The notes under the pieces: model-generated | The model's input: the letters and a program-made list of their open reading frames with translations, nothing else | Database searches by the model: none | What the model was told of the DNA's origin: nothing | Made by a program: the position numbers and the translations under genes | Source of the DNA: Carcharhinus amblyrhynchos | Taxonomy: Eukaryota | DNA: 64,000 nucleotides | Assembly: GCA_965287045.1 (NCBI GenBank) | Contig: OZ336897.1 | Location: 9,610,001-9,674,000, forward strand | Direction of reading: 5' to 3' | Shown here: in pieces, positions 1 to 12,519 of the stretch | How positions within the stretch are numbered: the stretch's first letter is position 1 | Layout of the letters: the number at the start of each line of letters is the position of its first letter

Positions 1-711
1 CATGTGTGTGGACTCAGCTTCAACCTCCCGCCATGATTCTGTCATCACTGCTAGTCCAGGCATGTGCACCGAGAATGAGGTATTGAATGGGACATGGTCT
101 GGACTTAAAGGAGGGCCATGGGAAGGGAAGGGGGTGGGGGCAGATGGAAAAATATAACTTTATAAAATGCCTGCAGGTGACTGCAGTTGGAGCAAAACAG
201 TGCAATTAAAAACCTAGCAATCGTTTTACAGCACTTAAAAAGTTAATCCGTTTAATTTTTATGCCTAATTTATGGAGAATAAATACAACAGTGACATGAA
301 TCTGCTCCGACTTGATTAAATGCCAAGCATACAAACTGGAACACTGTACGATTTTGAAAGGTTCCCTGCTGTAACTCAGTGGTTATTGCAGTCATTTCTC
401 ACGCTGCCATTTCAATAAATTTTACAGCTACGCTCCCATGCAGGTAATGGTTTAATATTAATGCTTAAGCAGAAAGAAATTAATTTTTTTGTTAGACATA
501 TCTCCTGGGAGGATACAGAAATAATATCTGCAGAGAGCTGAATGAGATTAGCACTGCCGGGCACTGCGACGTTACAGTGAAGAGCTACTCGTCAGCAATA
601 AGGGTTCATGCAGTGTCTGTCACTGATCCTTTCCTTCCACCCCACATCACTCTCCTATAGACTGGCCAGTAGACACGTTGGGTGCATTTAAGATAATCAG
701 CTAAAGAGCCA

Positions 712-826
712 GAGGCAAGTTGGCATAGTGGTATTGTCACTGGACTAGTAATCCACAGATCCAGAGCAGGACTTAGGGATTCTGGTTCAAATGCCACCTT
801 GGCAGATAGTGAAATTTGAATTCAGA
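712..826 (+). mobile_element. 5' fragment of tRNA-derived SINE (second SINE family)
   Basis: TGGCATAGTGG A-box and GGTTCAAATGCC B-box; same head as copies at 8135, 16123 and 32154. Confidence 0.7.
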
Positions 827-827
827 A

Positions 828-1137
828 GGGCAGCACGGTGGCACAGTGGCTAGCACTGATGCCTTGCAACACCAGGGATCCGGCTTCAATTCCGGCCTTG
901 GGATGATTGTTTGCTTAGAGTTTGCACGTTCTACCCGTGTCAGCGGTTTCCTTCCACAGTCCAAAGATGTGAGGGTTAGGTGGATTGCTCTTGGCAAATT
1001 GTCCCTTAGTGTCAGGGGGAATTAGTAGAACAAATGTGTGGGGTTACAGGGATAGAGCCTGGGTGGGATTGTTATCGGTGCAGACTCGATAGGCTGAATG
1101 ACCTCTTTCTGCAGTCGAGGGGTTCTATTCTATTCTA
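828..1137 (+). mobile_element. HE1-like V-SINE
   Basis: GGGCAGCACGGTGGCACAGTGG tRNA-like head, GGTTTCCTTCCACAGTCCAAAGATGTG central domain, CR1-like tail ending in TTCTA repeats. Confidence 0.85.
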
Positions 1138-1436
1138 AGTCTCCCAGGTGGGACCTTGTTAAAGATCTTGCTGAAATCATGTAGAGATTCTATGATTCTA
1201 AAGGTGAAAATTCCTTTCTCTTGTTATGATCGGGAATGAAAGATTGATGGAAGCAGATTCAATAATAACTATGTAGAAGGGATTGGATAAATACTTGGAG
1301 AAGAAAAATTTGCAGGAAAAGGGCAGGATGAATGGGACAAATTGAATAGATGTACCAAAGTGCTGGCATAGACTTACTGGTCTCCTTCTCTGCTGTATCA
1401 TTCTATGATAGGGCGTGTCAATTTGTTTAGGCTTAT

Positions 1437-1618
1437 TTGATTTTATTTGATTTGATTTATTATTGTCACATGTATTAGTACACAGTGAAGGTATTGTTTC
1501 TTGCATGCTATACAGACAAAGCATACCGTACATTGAGAAGGAAACGAGAGGGTGCAGAATGTAGTGTTACAGTCATAGCTAGGGTGTAGAGAAAGATCAA
1601 CTTAATGCAAGGTAGATT
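1437..1618 (-). mobile_element. Rex1/Babar-like LINE 3' tail
   Basis: Reverse complement of the 3' end of the copy at 3245-3865, with (TTTGA)n tail. Confidence 0.7.
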
Positions 1619-2536
1619 TTTTCAAAAATGGCACTAATGGTTTCTGTCACATGGAACAATGGGAACCAATATTTTTGTGTCCAGAAAACAAAGAAATTGT
1701 ACCAATTGTTGGTAATATCATTGCCATATTTCTTAAGTACTAGATGGCAAGCTGTTGGGAATTTGTGAGTACGGTAATTAGAGTAAGAAAAGGGGTAACT
1801 GTGATAGTTTTTGATACAATAATGTATCAAGGGGGATTTCAAATGCTTTCATAAAGCTACAGGAATAGATTTGAATGGGTTGTTTTGATTTAAAGGAGAA
1901 TCTACAAGTTGTTAAATAAGGTATAAATAGGTTTAAGATGAGATTTAAAAATAAGTTAACTTAACTTGAGAGCTAAAGTAAATAAACTAATCAACTCTGG
2001 GAAGAAAACATTTCTAAAGAGAAAATGGAGAGATCATAGGGAAAGAACGCATTTAAGGGAATATTGAAATCTATGTGAGAGGAATAGCTGTTTAGATCTA
2101 AAGTAAGTAAGTTTATTTATTAGTCACAAGTAAGGCTTACCTTAACACTGCAATGAAGTTACTGTGAAATTCCCCTAGTCGCCACAGTCCAGTGCCTGTT
2201 CAGGTCATTGCACCTAACCAGTATCTAATCTCTCAGCAGGAATAACTGGCCAGAACTCCCAGAAAGCAATGAACAAAGCCAGACCTGAAGAACCAGCTGC
2301 TGCCAATCTCAGAGGGCACCCCAAGAGAAAACCGAGTTACTGTGTAGTAACAATGATAGGGATTCGACATATTTTAAAATCTATAAGCAGTTACTGAACA
2401 GAAAAGGGGATGGCTAGCTCTACGGGTAGTTGAGAGCTTGTAGAACTGTTTAATAATATTGCTCCTGTGTGCGGTTATTTATGTGTTTGATTCTATTTTG
2501 TTTTATGCTCTTCAGTTCTTAATAAACATTTTTGAA

Positions 2537-2835
2537 TAGAATCATAGGATCCCTACAGTACAGATCAAGGACATTTGGCTCATCAAGTCAGCATTGACAA
2601 CAATCCCACCCAGGCCCTATCCCATAAGCCCACATATTTACCCTGCTAATCCCCTTGACACGAAAGGGCTATTTGGCATGGACAATCAACCTAACCTGCA
2701 CATCTTTAGAGTGTGGGAAGAAATCAGAGCACCTGGAAGAAACCCATGCAGGCACTGGAAGAACGTGCAAACTCCACACAGTCACTCAAGGCTGGAATTG
2801 AACCTGAGACCATGGCACTGTGAAGCAGCAGTGCC
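2537..2835 (-). mobile_element. HE1-like V-SINE
   Basis: Reverse-complement match to the copy at 828-1137. Confidence 0.85.
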
Positions 2836-3244
2836 AAACGGGAACATCTTTTCCGGATTTCAGGACCTCTCCTCTTACTATACATATTGGAAATATGAGT
2901 TTGGAAGCTGCTTCAAGTAATTTGGGCAGCATAATATTTATCATCAGCCATTCCATAATACTTAGGCTAGGGAAGGGAACAGTCAGCCATGGGTGGCCAT
3001 ATAGTTGTAAAATGTAGATTTGGGTGACTTGATTGCTTGACTATTCTGGGACTATAAAAGTGGTTTCCTGTTTCTCTAATGGCTGTGTTTATATTGACCA
3101 TTGGAGGTGGGCATTACCTCTATAAATAAACCCACAAAAGCCACCTCTTCATTTGGGCCTTAGGACACCATTTATGGAGTTGCCACTTCAAACCAGAACA
3201 AAAGGGGACTGGAATTAGATCAATCCCACATGACCACAATTGTG

Positions 3245-3865
3245 AAATTGAAGAAGTAGAAAGGGTTGAGAGCTTCAAGCTCTTAGGTGTCCTTATCCCC
3301 AGTGCCAACACTATAGCTTTCTCAGAAGGCTAAGGAAATTTGGCATAGCAGCTACGACTCTCACCAACTTTTACTGATGCACCATAGAAAGCATTCTTTC
3401 TGGTTTTATCACAGCTTGGTATGGCTCCTGCTCTGCCCAAGACCGCAAGAAGCTATAAAAGGTTGTAAATGTAGCCCAACCCATGATGCAAACCAGCTCC
3501 CCATCCATTGACTCTGTCTAGAATTCCCATTGCCTCAGCAAAGATGGCAGCATAAATAAGACCCCATGCAGCTGGAAATTCTCTCTTCCACCTTTTTCTG
3601 TTGGGGAAAAAAATACAAAAGTCTGGGGTCACGTACCAAACGACTTAGGAACAGCTTCATCCCTGCTGCCATCAGACTTTTGAATGGACCTAACTTGCAT
3701 TAAGTTGACCTTTCTCTACACCCTAGCTATGACTGTAACATTACATTCTGCACTCTCTCCTTTCCTTCCCTATGGACGGTAGGCTTTGTCTGTGTAGCAC
3801 ATAAGAAACAATACTTTTCGCTGTATACTAATACATCACAATAATAAATCAAATCAAATCAAAAT
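3245..3865 (+). mobile_element. Rex1/Babar-like LINE 3' fragment (decayed)
   Basis: Remnant translation VERVESFKLLGV...FLRRLRKFG...TIESILSGFITAWYGSCS, typical of the Rex1-type RT C-terminus; (AAATC)n tail. Confidence 0.8.
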
Positions 3866-4592
3866 AGGACCTCTGTCTTTCATCCACCCTCCTCTCTCCC
3901 ACTGCCTGACACGTTTACCATTGATACTGCCTCTGCTAACAATGACAGAAATGCAAGCCAGAGACCCTGAACAGAGAACAAGAGAGCCAGATTATATAAA
4001 CACTGTACACCAGAATTAATTTGCTCCACAGACTGTTCTGAAATGTTGCAGTGATGAGATAATGCACAATATAAATTGAGGTCTCTCTCCTTGACTAAGC
4101 TCTTGTGAACAGAGCCAATTTCAATTTGATCCGTAACAACTTCCCCAAGCTTGATTTCCAGAATAACATCATACTCCATTGCCCTTTGTCACAGAGATTT
4201 AAGAGCAACATTGCTTAAGAATCTCAGAAAAGAAGATGAGCATTGATACTTGAGCCTGCCCCAGAAGATTAGTTTGAGCAATAAAGAGCTCAGAATTCTA
4301 AAGTCCAGAAACCAAAAACTGCAATAAAATAATTTTATCTTGGACTGGAATTCCCTCCCTAACAGCCTTGTGGGTCAACCCACAGCATGTGGACTGCAGC
4401 GTTTCAAGAAGGCAGCTCACCACTATCTTCACAAGGGCAACTATGGATGGACAATGAATGCTAGCCTAGCCAGTGACACCCATGTCCTATGAATGAATAA
4501 AAACAATTTTAACATTAGTCAATGTACAAACAGACAAATGAATATTTAATACCAATCACAACCACTCTATCTTTGGAGAGGTTGCAAAGCCA

Positions 4593-4720
4593 TGGCTAAA
4601 ATTTTCCAGTTCCGCTGTGCTGAGTTCTCCTGCGGTGGACACGGCAACCTATTCAAATGTCTGTTGACTTCAGCAGAACTGGATAATCCTGCCAGTGGGA
4701 GGAATCGGAAAATTCCAGGC
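4593..4720. mobile_element. Short inverted-repeat (MITE-like) element
   Basis: GGCTAAAATTTTCCAGTTCC...GGAATCGGAAAATTCCAGGC termini; relatives at 12602, 15437, 21664 and 52674. Confidence 0.65.
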
Positions 4721-4729
4721 TATGACTTA

Positions 4730-4885
4730 ATTGGAAATGTGAGCTTTCAGAGTGCTGCTCCTTCCTCAGGTCCTGAGGGAGGAGCAGCGGTCCGAAAGCT
4801 TATGATTCCAAATAAACCTTTTGGATTTTAACCTGGTGTTGTGAGACTTCTGACTGTCATAACCCAGTCCAACACCGGCATTTGG
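4730..4885. mobile_element. Palindromic Penelope pLTR-derived mini-element (family A) with degenerate hammerhead motif
   Basis: GAGCTTTCAGAGTGCTGCTCCTTCCTCAGG T CCTGAGGGAGGAGCAGCGGTCCGAAAGCT inverted pair, followed by AACCTGGTGTTGTGAGACTTC...CCCAGTCCAACACCGGCAT. Confidence 0.7.
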
Positions 4886-4944
4886 AAATGTTAGGGATGA
4901 AAAGTTACAGACTTTGCAGCAATAAAGGCAGACCTGCACTCAGA

Positions 4945-5600
4945 GCCTTTCATGTTTGCAGCCAAGTACTCTTTGATGTGTCGTCACTGCAGGAAATTTG
5001 GCAGCCAATTTGAGACAGAAAACTCCCACACAAACAACAATGCAGTAACGATCAGATAATTTATTTTAATGATGTTGTTTAAGGGATAATTTTTTAAAAT
5101 TCATTCGTGGGACATGGGCATCACTGGCTGGCCTGCATTTATTGCCCATCCCTGGTTGCCCTTGAACTGAATGGCTTGCTATGCCATTTCAGAGGGCAGT
5201 TGAGAGTCAACTGCATTGCTTTGGCTCTGAAGTCATATGTATGCCAGACCAGGTAAGGATGGCAGATTTCTTTCCCTAAAAGACATCAGTGAACCAGATG
5301 GGTTTTTCCAACAATCGACAATGGTTCATGGTCATCAGTAGAGGCTTAATTCCAGATATTTTTTAATTGAATTGAAAGTCCACCATGTGACAGGATTTGA
5401 ACCTGGGTCCCAGAACATTAGCTGAGTTTCTGGATTAATAGTCCAGCAATAATACACGAGACCAGCACCTCCCCTTATATTGATCAGGGATAACTATTGC
5501 CTTGATCTGTTTCGAAATAGTGCCATGGGATCTGTTACATCCACCTGAGAGGGCAGATGCGTTTTGGTGTTTCATTTAAAAGATGGTAACCTCTGACCTT
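4945..5600 (-). mobile_element. Deu-domain SINE (SacSINE1/AmnSINE1-like) interrupted by a tRNA-SINE at ~5090-5475
   Basis: Minus strand CTGCCCTCTCAGGTGGATGTAACAGATCCCATGGCACTATTTCGAA...AAATTGGCTGCC matches the recalled Deu-domain core. Confidence 0.7.
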
Positions 5601-5804
5601 TCTGAATGATTTGATAGGCACCAGTTGTTTGCTCCCTAAGCAGCAGTGATGTTTTTGGCCGGGCATTCAACCAGAACGGCATCACAGCAAAGCTGATACT
5701 AAAATTCACCCAGCTGCACGCGAGACATTTATCTCAGGGCTGGAATCCTGATCAACTTTTCCCATGAGAAACCAGGGGGCAGTGAGGCAATTTTCACAGC
5801 TTTA

Positions 5805-5915
5805 ATAAAAGCAAAATACCAAGCGTGCTGGAAATTTGAAATAAAAACAGAAAGTGCTGGAAAAACTCAGCAAATTCTGCAAAACCTGGTGAGTTTTTCC
5901 AGCATTTTCAAATTC
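5805..5915. mobile_element. Palindromic Penelope-like mini-element (family B)
   Basis: GAAAGTGCTGGAAAAACTCAGCA...TGGTGAGTTTTTCCAGCATTTTC inverted repeat; relatives at 21806, 27577, 35340 and 62808. Confidence 0.6.
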
Positions 5916-6165
5916 TGCAGCTGCAGGGGATAAGATTTTTAATGTTGAAAAACAGTACATGATGATAACAGTCAAACTTCTGCTCAATTGTTCTTCGTAT
6001 TTCTGATGCAATTTCTTCGCTCTCAGCCAATTCAGTACAAATTGGATAATTTTAACCAAAAATGCATTCAACACATCTTGAATTCCTGTAATCAATTTTG
6101 CATAACTTGTTACTGCACCAGTGGGTTAAGAGCAGATCCCACTTCAAAAAGTGGATATGCCATGA

Positions 6166-6535
6166 GGGCACGTGCGGTGGCATAGTGGTTAAAATCATAG
6201 AATCCTACAGTGCAGAAGGAGGCCATTCGGTTTAGAGTGTACACTGAACCAAAAATCTCACCCAGGCCCTATCCCCATAACTTCATGCATTTAACCTAGC
6301 TAGTCCCCCTGACACTAAGGGGCAATTTAGCATGACCAATCCACCTAATCTGAACAGTCCAAAGATGTGCGAGTTAGGTTGATTAGCCATGGTAAATTGA
6401 CCCTTAGTGTCAGGGGGATTAGTGGGGTAAATATGTGTGGTTACAGAGATAGGGCCTGAGTGGGATTGTGGTCAGTACAAAGCTGATGGGCCAAATGGCC
6501 TCCTTTAACACTGCAGGGATTCTATGATTTTATGA
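6166..6535. mobile_element. HE1-like SINE with an inverted copy of its own 3' half
   Basis: Plus-strand head 6166-6190, minus-strand 3' half ~6191-6355, plus-strand 3' half ~6356-6535. Confidence 0.8.
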
Positions 6536-6954
6536 AAATATTTCACAAAAGACTGTCACTGAAACAACTGCAGTGTGTCACTGGCAGCCCACATTCCAGC
6601 AGTGAAACTTGTTTGCGAAAAGGGTTTGTTCTGATTGACACAGGGACTGCACCCTTTGAATGGGTGAATACGTCATGCAACATTGCTCGCTGCTTCTGTT
6701 GAATGTTTAAAAGTTCTGGTTTGATTACTGACTGTTGACACCATTATCACAGAGCTTGACTCAGAGGGGTTGCTGAACTAGTAAAGCAAATTAGCAACAA
6801 TACAGTCCCACCAATCAACCAAAGATGGCTTGGTGGAAACCTCATGTGCTAACTGAAGTCTTGAAGAGACTCAGTCATTCCTCTCATCTGGTGATGATGC
6901 CAGCATTACAGTAATTATTCATCAGCAGACAATGAGAGAATAAGAAGAACAAAA

Positions 6955-7465
6955 TTACTAGGAGCAGGAGTAGGCCATCTGGCCCCTTGAGCCTGATCCA
7001 CCATTCAATAAGATCATGGCTGATCTCCACTTACCTGCCCGCTCTCCATTACCCTTAATTCCTTTACTATTCAAAAATTTATCTATCCTTGCCTTAAAAA
7101 CAGTGAGGTAGCCTCAACTGCTTCACTGGACAGGGAATTCCAGATTCACAACCCTTTGTGTGAAGAAGTTCCTCCTCAACTCAGTCCTATATCTGCTCCC
7201 CCTTATTTTGAGGTCATGCCCCCTAGTTTTAGTTTCACCTGCCAATGAAAATAACTTCCCTGCTTCCATCATATTTATTCCCTTCACAATCTTATATATT
7301 TCTATAAGACCTCCCCTCATTCTTCTGAATTCCAATGAGTATAGCCCCAGTCTACTCAATCTCTCCTCATAAGCCAACCCTCTCAACTCTGGAATCAACC
7401 TGTGAATCTCCTCTGCACCTCCTCCAGTGCCAGTATATCCTCTCTCAAGTAAGGAGACCAAAACT
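6955..7465 (-). mobile_element. CR1 LINE 3' fragment
   Basis: ORF 7123..7461 encodes RLIPELRGLAYEERLSRLGLYSLEFRRMRG...TRGH...FFTQRVVN, the CR1 ORF2 C-terminus, followed by the CR1 3'UTR. Confidence 0.9.
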
Positions 7466-7954
7466 GTATGCTTAATTTGGACCTATGTTCCAAAAGAGTA
7501 GGAATGAATATATAGAGGCAGTGGACAAGATAAAAAAAAGTTGACTGGAATCTCAGGTGATCTCTCCCAGATTCCAAATCAAGAATGCTGTCTGCATACT
7601 TCCCCTTTGAAGTTAGGGATATAAATCAAATTTGATGAATTCAATATTCAAAGTTACGACTATTGGTATCTATAATAAAAGTGTTAATAAAATTCCCTCT
7701 CAGACTCTACTTCCATCATCTGACAGACAGAATACCTTACAACAGCCAAAACATACTGAAGTTAATTCAATTGACAAAGGACTCAGATGGATACCAATCA
7801 AATAGGCACTTAACCAATCTAATAGTGACAAGGATATTTATACTGGAGCAGACAGCAGCAATTAGTAATCTGCAATCTGTTAAATACACATCAAAGCAAA
7901 TTCTCTTAACAGTGTCCCAGTAATTCTCTGATAATGGCCCCAATTTGATCTTTT

Positions 7955-8660
7955 AAAATTTATTCATAGGATGTGGGCATCACTGATAAGGCCAGCATTT
8001 ATTACCCATCCCCAGTTTGCTCTTGAAAAGGTGATGGTGAGCTGCCTTCTTGAATACAAATGAGTTAATTATTAGAACATTTCACAGGGCAGTTAAGAAT
8101 CAACTGCATTGCTGTAGGTCCAGCATCATAACAGAAAGGTGATGGCCTAGTGGTATTATCATTACACTTTTAATCCAGAAACTCAGCTCATGTTCCAGGG
8201 ACCAGGGTTCAAATCCTGCCCATGGCAGATGGTGGAATTTGAATTCAAGAAAAAAATCTGGAATTAAGAATCTACTGACGACCATGAAACTATTGCTGAT
8301 TGTCAGGAAAAACCCATCTGGTTCACAATTGCCCTTTAGGGAAGGAAATCTACCATCCTTACTGGATCTAGCCTATGTATGACTCCAGAGCCACCGCAAT
8401 GTGACGGATTCTCAACTGCCCTTGTGCAACTAGGAATGGGCAATAAATGCTGACCAGCCAACAACATCCATATCCCATGAATAAATAAAAAATAGGCCAG
8501 ACTGGGCAAGAACAGCAGATTAAACCTCCTTTGCTAAAGGACATGAGTAAACAAGATGAAGTTTTTAATCACAATCAGGAAACTTTATATCACAAACTAA
8601 TTAACTGAATTTAAATTCATCAGCTTCCATGGTGGGATTTCAGCTATGGTATGTGGCCAG
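7955..8660. mobile_element. tRNA-derived SINE (+, ~8135-8492) nested in an opposite-strand copy of the same family
   Basis: TGGCCTAGTGG and GGTTCAAATCC boxes; GGGCAATAAATGCTG tail; flanks are the reverse complement of the same family. Confidence 0.7.
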
Positions 8661-8981
8661 GGGTGGGGTCTGTGGGGAAGGGGAGAAGTTTTTAATGTTG
8701 ACTCAAGGGGTTTTTGTTCCTCTTTGGGTGTTGAGGTATGTGGTGGGATGGGGAGGTATGGGGCGGGGGTGGTTCTGTTGTTGATTGAACTAATGCAATC
8801 CGTTACATATCATTGTGATTCTCATGAACACCGAAACATGACCCTCTGACTACTCACACTAACACCGTGCAAGACTACGTAGAGTTTCTGAAGCATCCAG
8901 CCCTGGGCAGCACACTGCCACAGTGGTTAGTACCACTGCCTGACAGGGACCTGGGTTTGATTCCTAGCTTCGATCACTATC

Positions 8982-10505
8982 TCATAGTCATAGAAGTTTA
9001 CAACACAGAAACAGGTCCTTGGGCCCAACTTGTCCAATCCACCCTTTTTTTAAAATCCCTAAACTAATCCCAATTTCCCACATTTGGCCCATATCCCTTT
9101 ATACCCATCATACCCATGTAACTATCTAAATGTTTTTTAAAAGACAAAATTGTACCCGCCTCTACCACCACCTCTGGCAGCTTATTCCAGACAATCATCA
9201 CCCTCTGTGTGAAAAAATTGGCCCTCTGGAGACTTTTCTATCTCTCCCCTCTCATTTTAAACCTATGTTCTCTAGTTTTAGACTCCCTTATCTTTGGGAA
9301 AAGATATTGACTATCTACCTTATCTATGCCCCTCATTATTTTATAGGCTTCTATAAAGGTCACCCTTTAGCCCCCTATGCTCCAGTGAAAAAAGTCCCAG
9401 TCTATCCAGCCTCTCCTTATAACTCAAACCATCAAGTTCCAGTAGCATCCTAGTAAATCTTTCCTGCACTCTTTCTAGTTTAATAATATTCTCTCTATAA
9501 TCATGACCAGAACTGCACACAGTATTCCAAGTGTGGCCTTAAGAACATAAGAAATAGGAGCAGGAGTAGGCCTTCTAGCCCTTCGAGCCTGCCCCGCCAT
9601 TCAATAAGATCATGGCTGATCTGTCATGGCTCAGTTCCACATTCCCGCCCTCTCCCCATAACCCTTAATCCCCTTGCTTATCAAAAACCCATCAACCCAC
9701 GTCTTAAAAATATTTAGCGAGGCAGCCTCCACCACCTCAACAGGCAGAGAATTCCAGAGATTCACCACCCTTTGAGTGAAGAAGTTCCTCCTCAACTCTG
9801 TTCTAAACCGCCCCCCCTTTATCTTGAGGCCAATGTGTTGTGCAGCTTCAACAAGATGTCCCAACTCCTGTATTCAATGTTCTGACCAATGAAACCAAGC
9901 ATGCCAAATGCCTTCTTCACCACTCTGTCTACCTGTGATTCCACTTTCAAGGAGCTATAGACCCTTAGATCCCTTTGTTCTGTAACTCTCCCCACCGTCC
10001 CACCATTAACTGAGTAAGTCCTGCCCTGGTTCAATCTATCAAAATGCATCATCTCGCATTTGTCTAAATTAAACTCCATCTGCCATTTGTCAACCCCTTG
10101 GCCCAATTGATCAAGATCCCATTGCAATCCTAGATAACTTTCTTCATTGTCCATTATGCCACCAATCTTGGTGTCATCTCCAAGCAGACTAACCATTCCT
10201 CCTATATTCTCATCTAAATCATTTATAGAAATGACAAATAACAGTGGACCCAGTACTGATCCCTGAGGCACACCAATAGTCACAGGCCTCCAGGTTTGAA
10301 AAACAACCCTCGACAACCACCCTCTAGCTTCTATTAAGAAGCCAATTTAGTGTTCATTTAGATACCTTACCCAGGATCCCATGAGATTTAACCTTATGCA
10401 ACAACCTATCATGCGGTTCCTTGTCAAAGGCCTTGCTAAAGTCCATGTAGATAACATCAACTGCACTGTCCTCATCTATCTTCTTGGTTATCCCTTCAAA
10501 AAAAA
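8982..10505 (-). mobile_element. Older CR1 LINE RT/3' fragment
   Basis: ORF 9819..10316 encodes GVPQGSVLGPLLF...GDDTKIGG...WQMEFNLDKCEMMHF. Distinct 3'UTR ending CTATGACTATG. Confidence 0.9.
9541..9830 (-). mobile_element. Young CR1 3' end inserted into the older CR1
   Basis: Closely matches the 3' end of the copy at 13286-13580; (ATGTTCTT) tail. Confidence 0.88.
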
Positions 10506-11321
10506 ACTAAAATTTGCGAAGGCTGCACGTTCTCCGTATCTGCATGGATTTCCTCCCGGGGCTCCAGTTTCCTCCCATAGTCCAAAAGGCATGCTGGTTA
10601 ATTGCGTTGGCTATGCTAAATTCTCCCTCAGTGTACCTGAACAGGTGCCAGGGCGTGGTGACTAGGTTTTCACAGTAATTTCACTGCAGTGTTAACGTAA
10701 GCCTACTTGTGACACAAATAAATATTTATATTATGCATTCAGGTGTGTACCCAAAAAGATTCCCATTATGTGCAGTTAGTGACAAATGTACAAGATTAAA
10801 CTTGAGATCATCCAAAACTTTGCCCACATTTTAAGTTGCAGCAAATCCTGTTCCCAATCATCTATTCTGCTCACGTTGGTGTGCAGTCAAACTGAGTGTT
10901 GATTTTAAAACTCTCATCCTTGTTTTGAAATACCTTCCTGGTTTCACTTCTCTTGAATGGGGTGTGAATGGCCTCGGCCAACTACAATGGTGGGGTAAAG
11001 GAGACTAAGATTAGAGGGAATTGGTATGGAACAGAGTGTTTGGGGGATTTAGGGAGGTCTTGGATGGATGAATTTCAATTTCCTTCCCGCGTTCTAGAAT
11101 TATCTGGGCTGTACAGCAATAGTCCACGAAGTTCACCCTTCAATGGTCCTATTGAAAATACATAATCTTCGGAAGGGCATATTAGGAGGGGGGGTTTTGA
11201 GATAAGGTTGTGCATGAATATATGTGAAACTAGTGATAGTAAAGTTTTATCTGGCTTATTAAAGAGGTCTGTGTGATGCACAGTCATTTTGTAGAGGATA
11301 CGAGAGAAACTTGGACCCACC

Positions 11322-11487
11322 TCACATAAAGTTGATTTTTCTCTGCACCCTAGCTATGATTGTAACACTACATTCTGCACTCTCTCCTTTCCTTCTCTAT
11401 GAACAGTATACTTCGTCTATATAACATGCAAGAAACAATACTTTCACTGTATACTAAAATATGTGACAATAACAAATCTAATCAAAG
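11322..11487 (+). mobile_element. Rex1/Babar-like 3' tail
   Basis: Matches 3690-3865. Confidence 0.7.
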
Positions 11488-11509
11488 CATGGGCCGATTT
11501 CATATCTAC

Positions 11510-11843
11510 TATAACTCACAGAATCCCTACACTGCAGAAGGAGGCCATTCAGCCCATTGAGTCTGCACCAACAATAATCCCACTCAGGCCCTATCCCTGC
11601 AACTCCACATATTTATCCCACTAATCCCTCTTTCTATGCATCCCAGGACACTAAGGGGCAATTTAGCATGGCCAATCAACCTACCCCACACATCTTTGGA
11701 GTATGGGAGGAAAATGGAGCAGTTGGAGGAAACCCTTGCAGACACAGGGAGAATGTGCAAACTCCACATAAACAGTGACTGAAGCCGAGAATCAAACTCA
11801 GGTCCCTGGAGCTGTGAGGCAGCAGTGCTAATGATGCTGCCCC
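11510..11843 (-). mobile_element. HE1-like V-SINE
   Basis: Full-length reverse-complement copy. Confidence 0.85.
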
Positions 11844-12519
11844 AAATGCTTAGAGAAAACAATCTTGTTGATAATGATACGTAGACTGAAAAACTTAGGT
11901 GATTGTAGGTGTTTGTGAACGATACGACTTTTAAAAAAATAGGACAGCAGCACAGAACATTGGACCTCAGCATGGAATAGTACAATGCGGGTTTCAGTTC
12001 ATTAATCATTACATAGTCAGGTCTTCATTTCTGTCTTCCCATCATTAAGACACGATGCAGTCCCTTGACTGGAACAGAAATATTGAGAGAAAAATCACAG
12101 GGTGTCTCCTTTACTCATTTCATTTCAGTTATGCAGTGGCACATAAGGCAGGTAGAATTGCTGGCATCATAAAAATGGTTAGACCAGAATAGGAATAAAC
12201 TGTAAATTGGATTAAATCAAACTCCAGACACTCCCAAGACACAGACCTAGCAATGAGGTGTAGGCTAATGCGAGAATGGAATGCTAATTGCTGGAAAAGC
12301 GCCAGTGTGTCTGGGAATCAGGAGGTAAGTGTGAAAGGAGAATATGCCTCTATGTAATAAAATATCTCAAGGAGATAAAGGAAGTGAAGGTTGTGAAGGA
12401 CATTTGTGGCCTTTTACGTGAAGAATGTTCAGAGAGCAATAAACACATCTCGACACTAATGAGGCTGTCGAGGAGTAAGAAGTGGTTTATATGCCAATTG
12501 ATGCACCGATGAATTTATC

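Larger units (their letters stand above)
8903..10725 (+). mobile_element. HE1-like SINE split by CR1 insertions (head 8903-8981, body ~10517-10725)
   Basis: The head stops at GATCACTATCT and the body resumes at GCGAAGGCTGCACGTTCTCC. Confidence 0.75.

Noticed and set aside
10950-11320. Possible L1-like ORF2 remnant or coding exon
   Set aside because: No diagnostic motif or convincing splice-site pair could be identified.
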